DNA of 64,000 nucleotides from Candidatus Eiseniibacteriota bacterium. GTDB lineage: Bacteria; Eisenbacteria; RBG-16-71-46; JABDJR01. Position 1 is the first letter of the stretch; each line of letters starts with the position of its first letter. The translations under genes were made by a program, and so were the position numbers. Below, piece by piece: positions 62,933 through 64,000 of this stretch. The DNA is taken from assembly GCA_963783375.1 (NCBI GenBank), contig CAWANH010000028.1, positions 480,001 through 544,000 of the forward strand, read 5' to 3'. The notes below the pieces were generated by a model. The model saw nothing but the letters and a program-made list of their open reading frames with translations, was not told where the DNA came from and searched no databases.

Positions 62933-64000
62933 TCATCCGAAATGCCGGAATCCTCCGCCGGTCATCCGGATCGCACCGGACGGACCGGCGGTCCACACTC
63001 CGGCACGCCCCGCTTCCACCCGCCCGATCCGGTGGGCCGACATGTCGCCTAGAAGCGCGCGCGCTCCGAGACGCGCAGCGGTCGAGGGACTCACGGTGAA
63101 GAGAAGCTCGTAGTCTTCGCCCCCGTGAAGCGCGGCGGCGGTGGGCTCGATACCCAGGCTTCCGGCAAGACGGGCGAAGCCTGACGGAAGCGGCAGCGCC
63201 TCCGGTTCCACCACCAACCGCGCTCCCGCGTCGGCGAGGTGGTGAAGATCGAGGTTCAGCCCGTCGCTCACGTCGATGAGCGAGGTGGGACGATGGGCGC
63301 GGAGGGCGCGCGCGGCATCGAGCCTCGCCTCGGGGGCCAGGAACCTGCGGAGGGCCCGGGCCTCCCAGGGCCCCCGCCGCCGGAGCGCCGCCCGCCAATC
63401 CGGTTCCCGCCGGGGAGGTGGGGCCCAGGCGTCCTCGGGGTCCGTCGTCCCCGCCCGCGACCCGCGCCGGCCCCGGCCCCCGCTCGCCGAGGCCTCGGCG
63501 AGAAGAAGGCGGAGACCGAGATGGGCAAGGCCGGGCTGCCCCGTGACGTAGATGCGATCGCCGGGACGGGCGCCGCGGCGGAGCGCCGGCTTGCCGTACG
63601 GAAAGTCCCCGGTCAGGGTCACCGACACCGACAGGGTTTCGCCGCCGGCCACGTTCCCGCCCACCAGCGCTACCCGGGCTCCGCGAGCGACCCGGAGCAT
63701 TCCCCGGTAGAGCCTCTGCACCGCGTCCACCCGGGTCTCGGGGGGCAGAATCAGGGAGACCAGCGCATAGGTGGGGCGCCCCCCCATGGCCGCGGCATCG
63801 GAGAGGTTCGCGGCCAGGGCTTTCATCCCCAGCTCCTCGGGGCGGAACCAGGCGCGACGGAAGTGGGTTCCCTCTACCATGACGTCGGTGGTGAGAAGAT
63901 TGGAGCCCCGCCCGCGGGGGACGACAGCGGCATCGTCCCCCAATCCCAGCACCCCGGCGGGTGAGGGTCCGATCAGGCGGGCCAGCCGGCGAAGGAGTCC
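62933..64000 (-). CDS. thiL: Thiamine-monophosphate kinase (5' end outside the window)
   Basis: GDDAAV, TTDVMVEGTHF, ANLSDAAAMGG, IDVSDGL, ALHGGEDYELLFT, GFRHF. Confidence 0.94.
   Translation of the reverse strand, partial: GLLRRLARLIGPSPAGVLGLGDDAAVVPRGRGSNLLTTDVMVEGTHFRRAWFRPEELGMKALAANLSDAAAMGGRPTYALVSLILPPETRVDAVQRLYRGMLRVARGARVALVGGNVAGGETLSVSVTLTGDFPYGKPALRRGARPGDRIYVTGQPGLAHLGLRLLLAEASASGGRGRRGSRAGTTDPEDAWAPPPRREPDWRAALRRRGPWEARALRRFLAPEARLDAARALRAHRPTSLIDVSDGLNLDLHHLADAGARLVVEPEALPLPSGFARLAGSLGIEPTAAALHGGEDYELLFTVSPSTAARLGARALLGDMSAHRIGRVEAGRAGVWTAGPSGAIRMTGGGFRHFG

Noticed and set aside
62580-63113. ORFs and a weak sigma54-like site (TGGAAC-N5-TAGC) in the lower-GC gap before the thiL 3' end
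   Set aside because: Atypical codon usage, overlap with thiL on the opposite strand, two consensus mismatches and no downstream gene.

Overview
GC-rich (roughly 70% by eye) bacterial chromosomal window, mostly housekeeping genes with accessory blocks in between. Two secreted proteins end in a C-terminal 'SWGxxKxxY' tail, which suggests (inference only) an FCB-related candidate lineage such as Eisenbacteria, Krumholzibacteriota or Latescibacterota. In order: a fatty-acid uptake operon (FadD-like ligase, FadL, SGNH lipoprotein); response regulators including a REC-GGDEF; tsaD; an EEP lipoprotein; a complete F1Fo ATP synthase operon; an Rrf2-led sulfur-redox operon (octaheme OTR-family cytochrome, 7-heme c plus cytochrome b fusion, two YeeE proteins); an 11-heme c plus cytochrome b protein; divergent sigma54 promoters driving an HD-GYP protein and a hypothetical protein; three NHL-repeat lipoproteins with a cytochrome c lipoprotein; guaB; tRNA-Met with a two-gene islet; tilS-ftsH-folP-cdaA; an L,D-transpeptidase operon; a UbiD-family decarboxylase; aconitase; thiL. 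The best novelty candidate is a three-gene RiPP-like cassette at 59009-61660. It encodes a 54-aa peptide, an HExxH intramembrane peptidase with an RRE-like domain, and an LpxL/LPLAT-like acyltransferase with a C-terminal RRE-like domain, which would make it a candidate ribosomal lipopeptide pathway. Four single-base frameshifts (atpH, an NHL gene, folP, a lipoprotein gene) are most likely sequencing or assembly errors. All family calls are from motif recognition by eye; no database searches were run.
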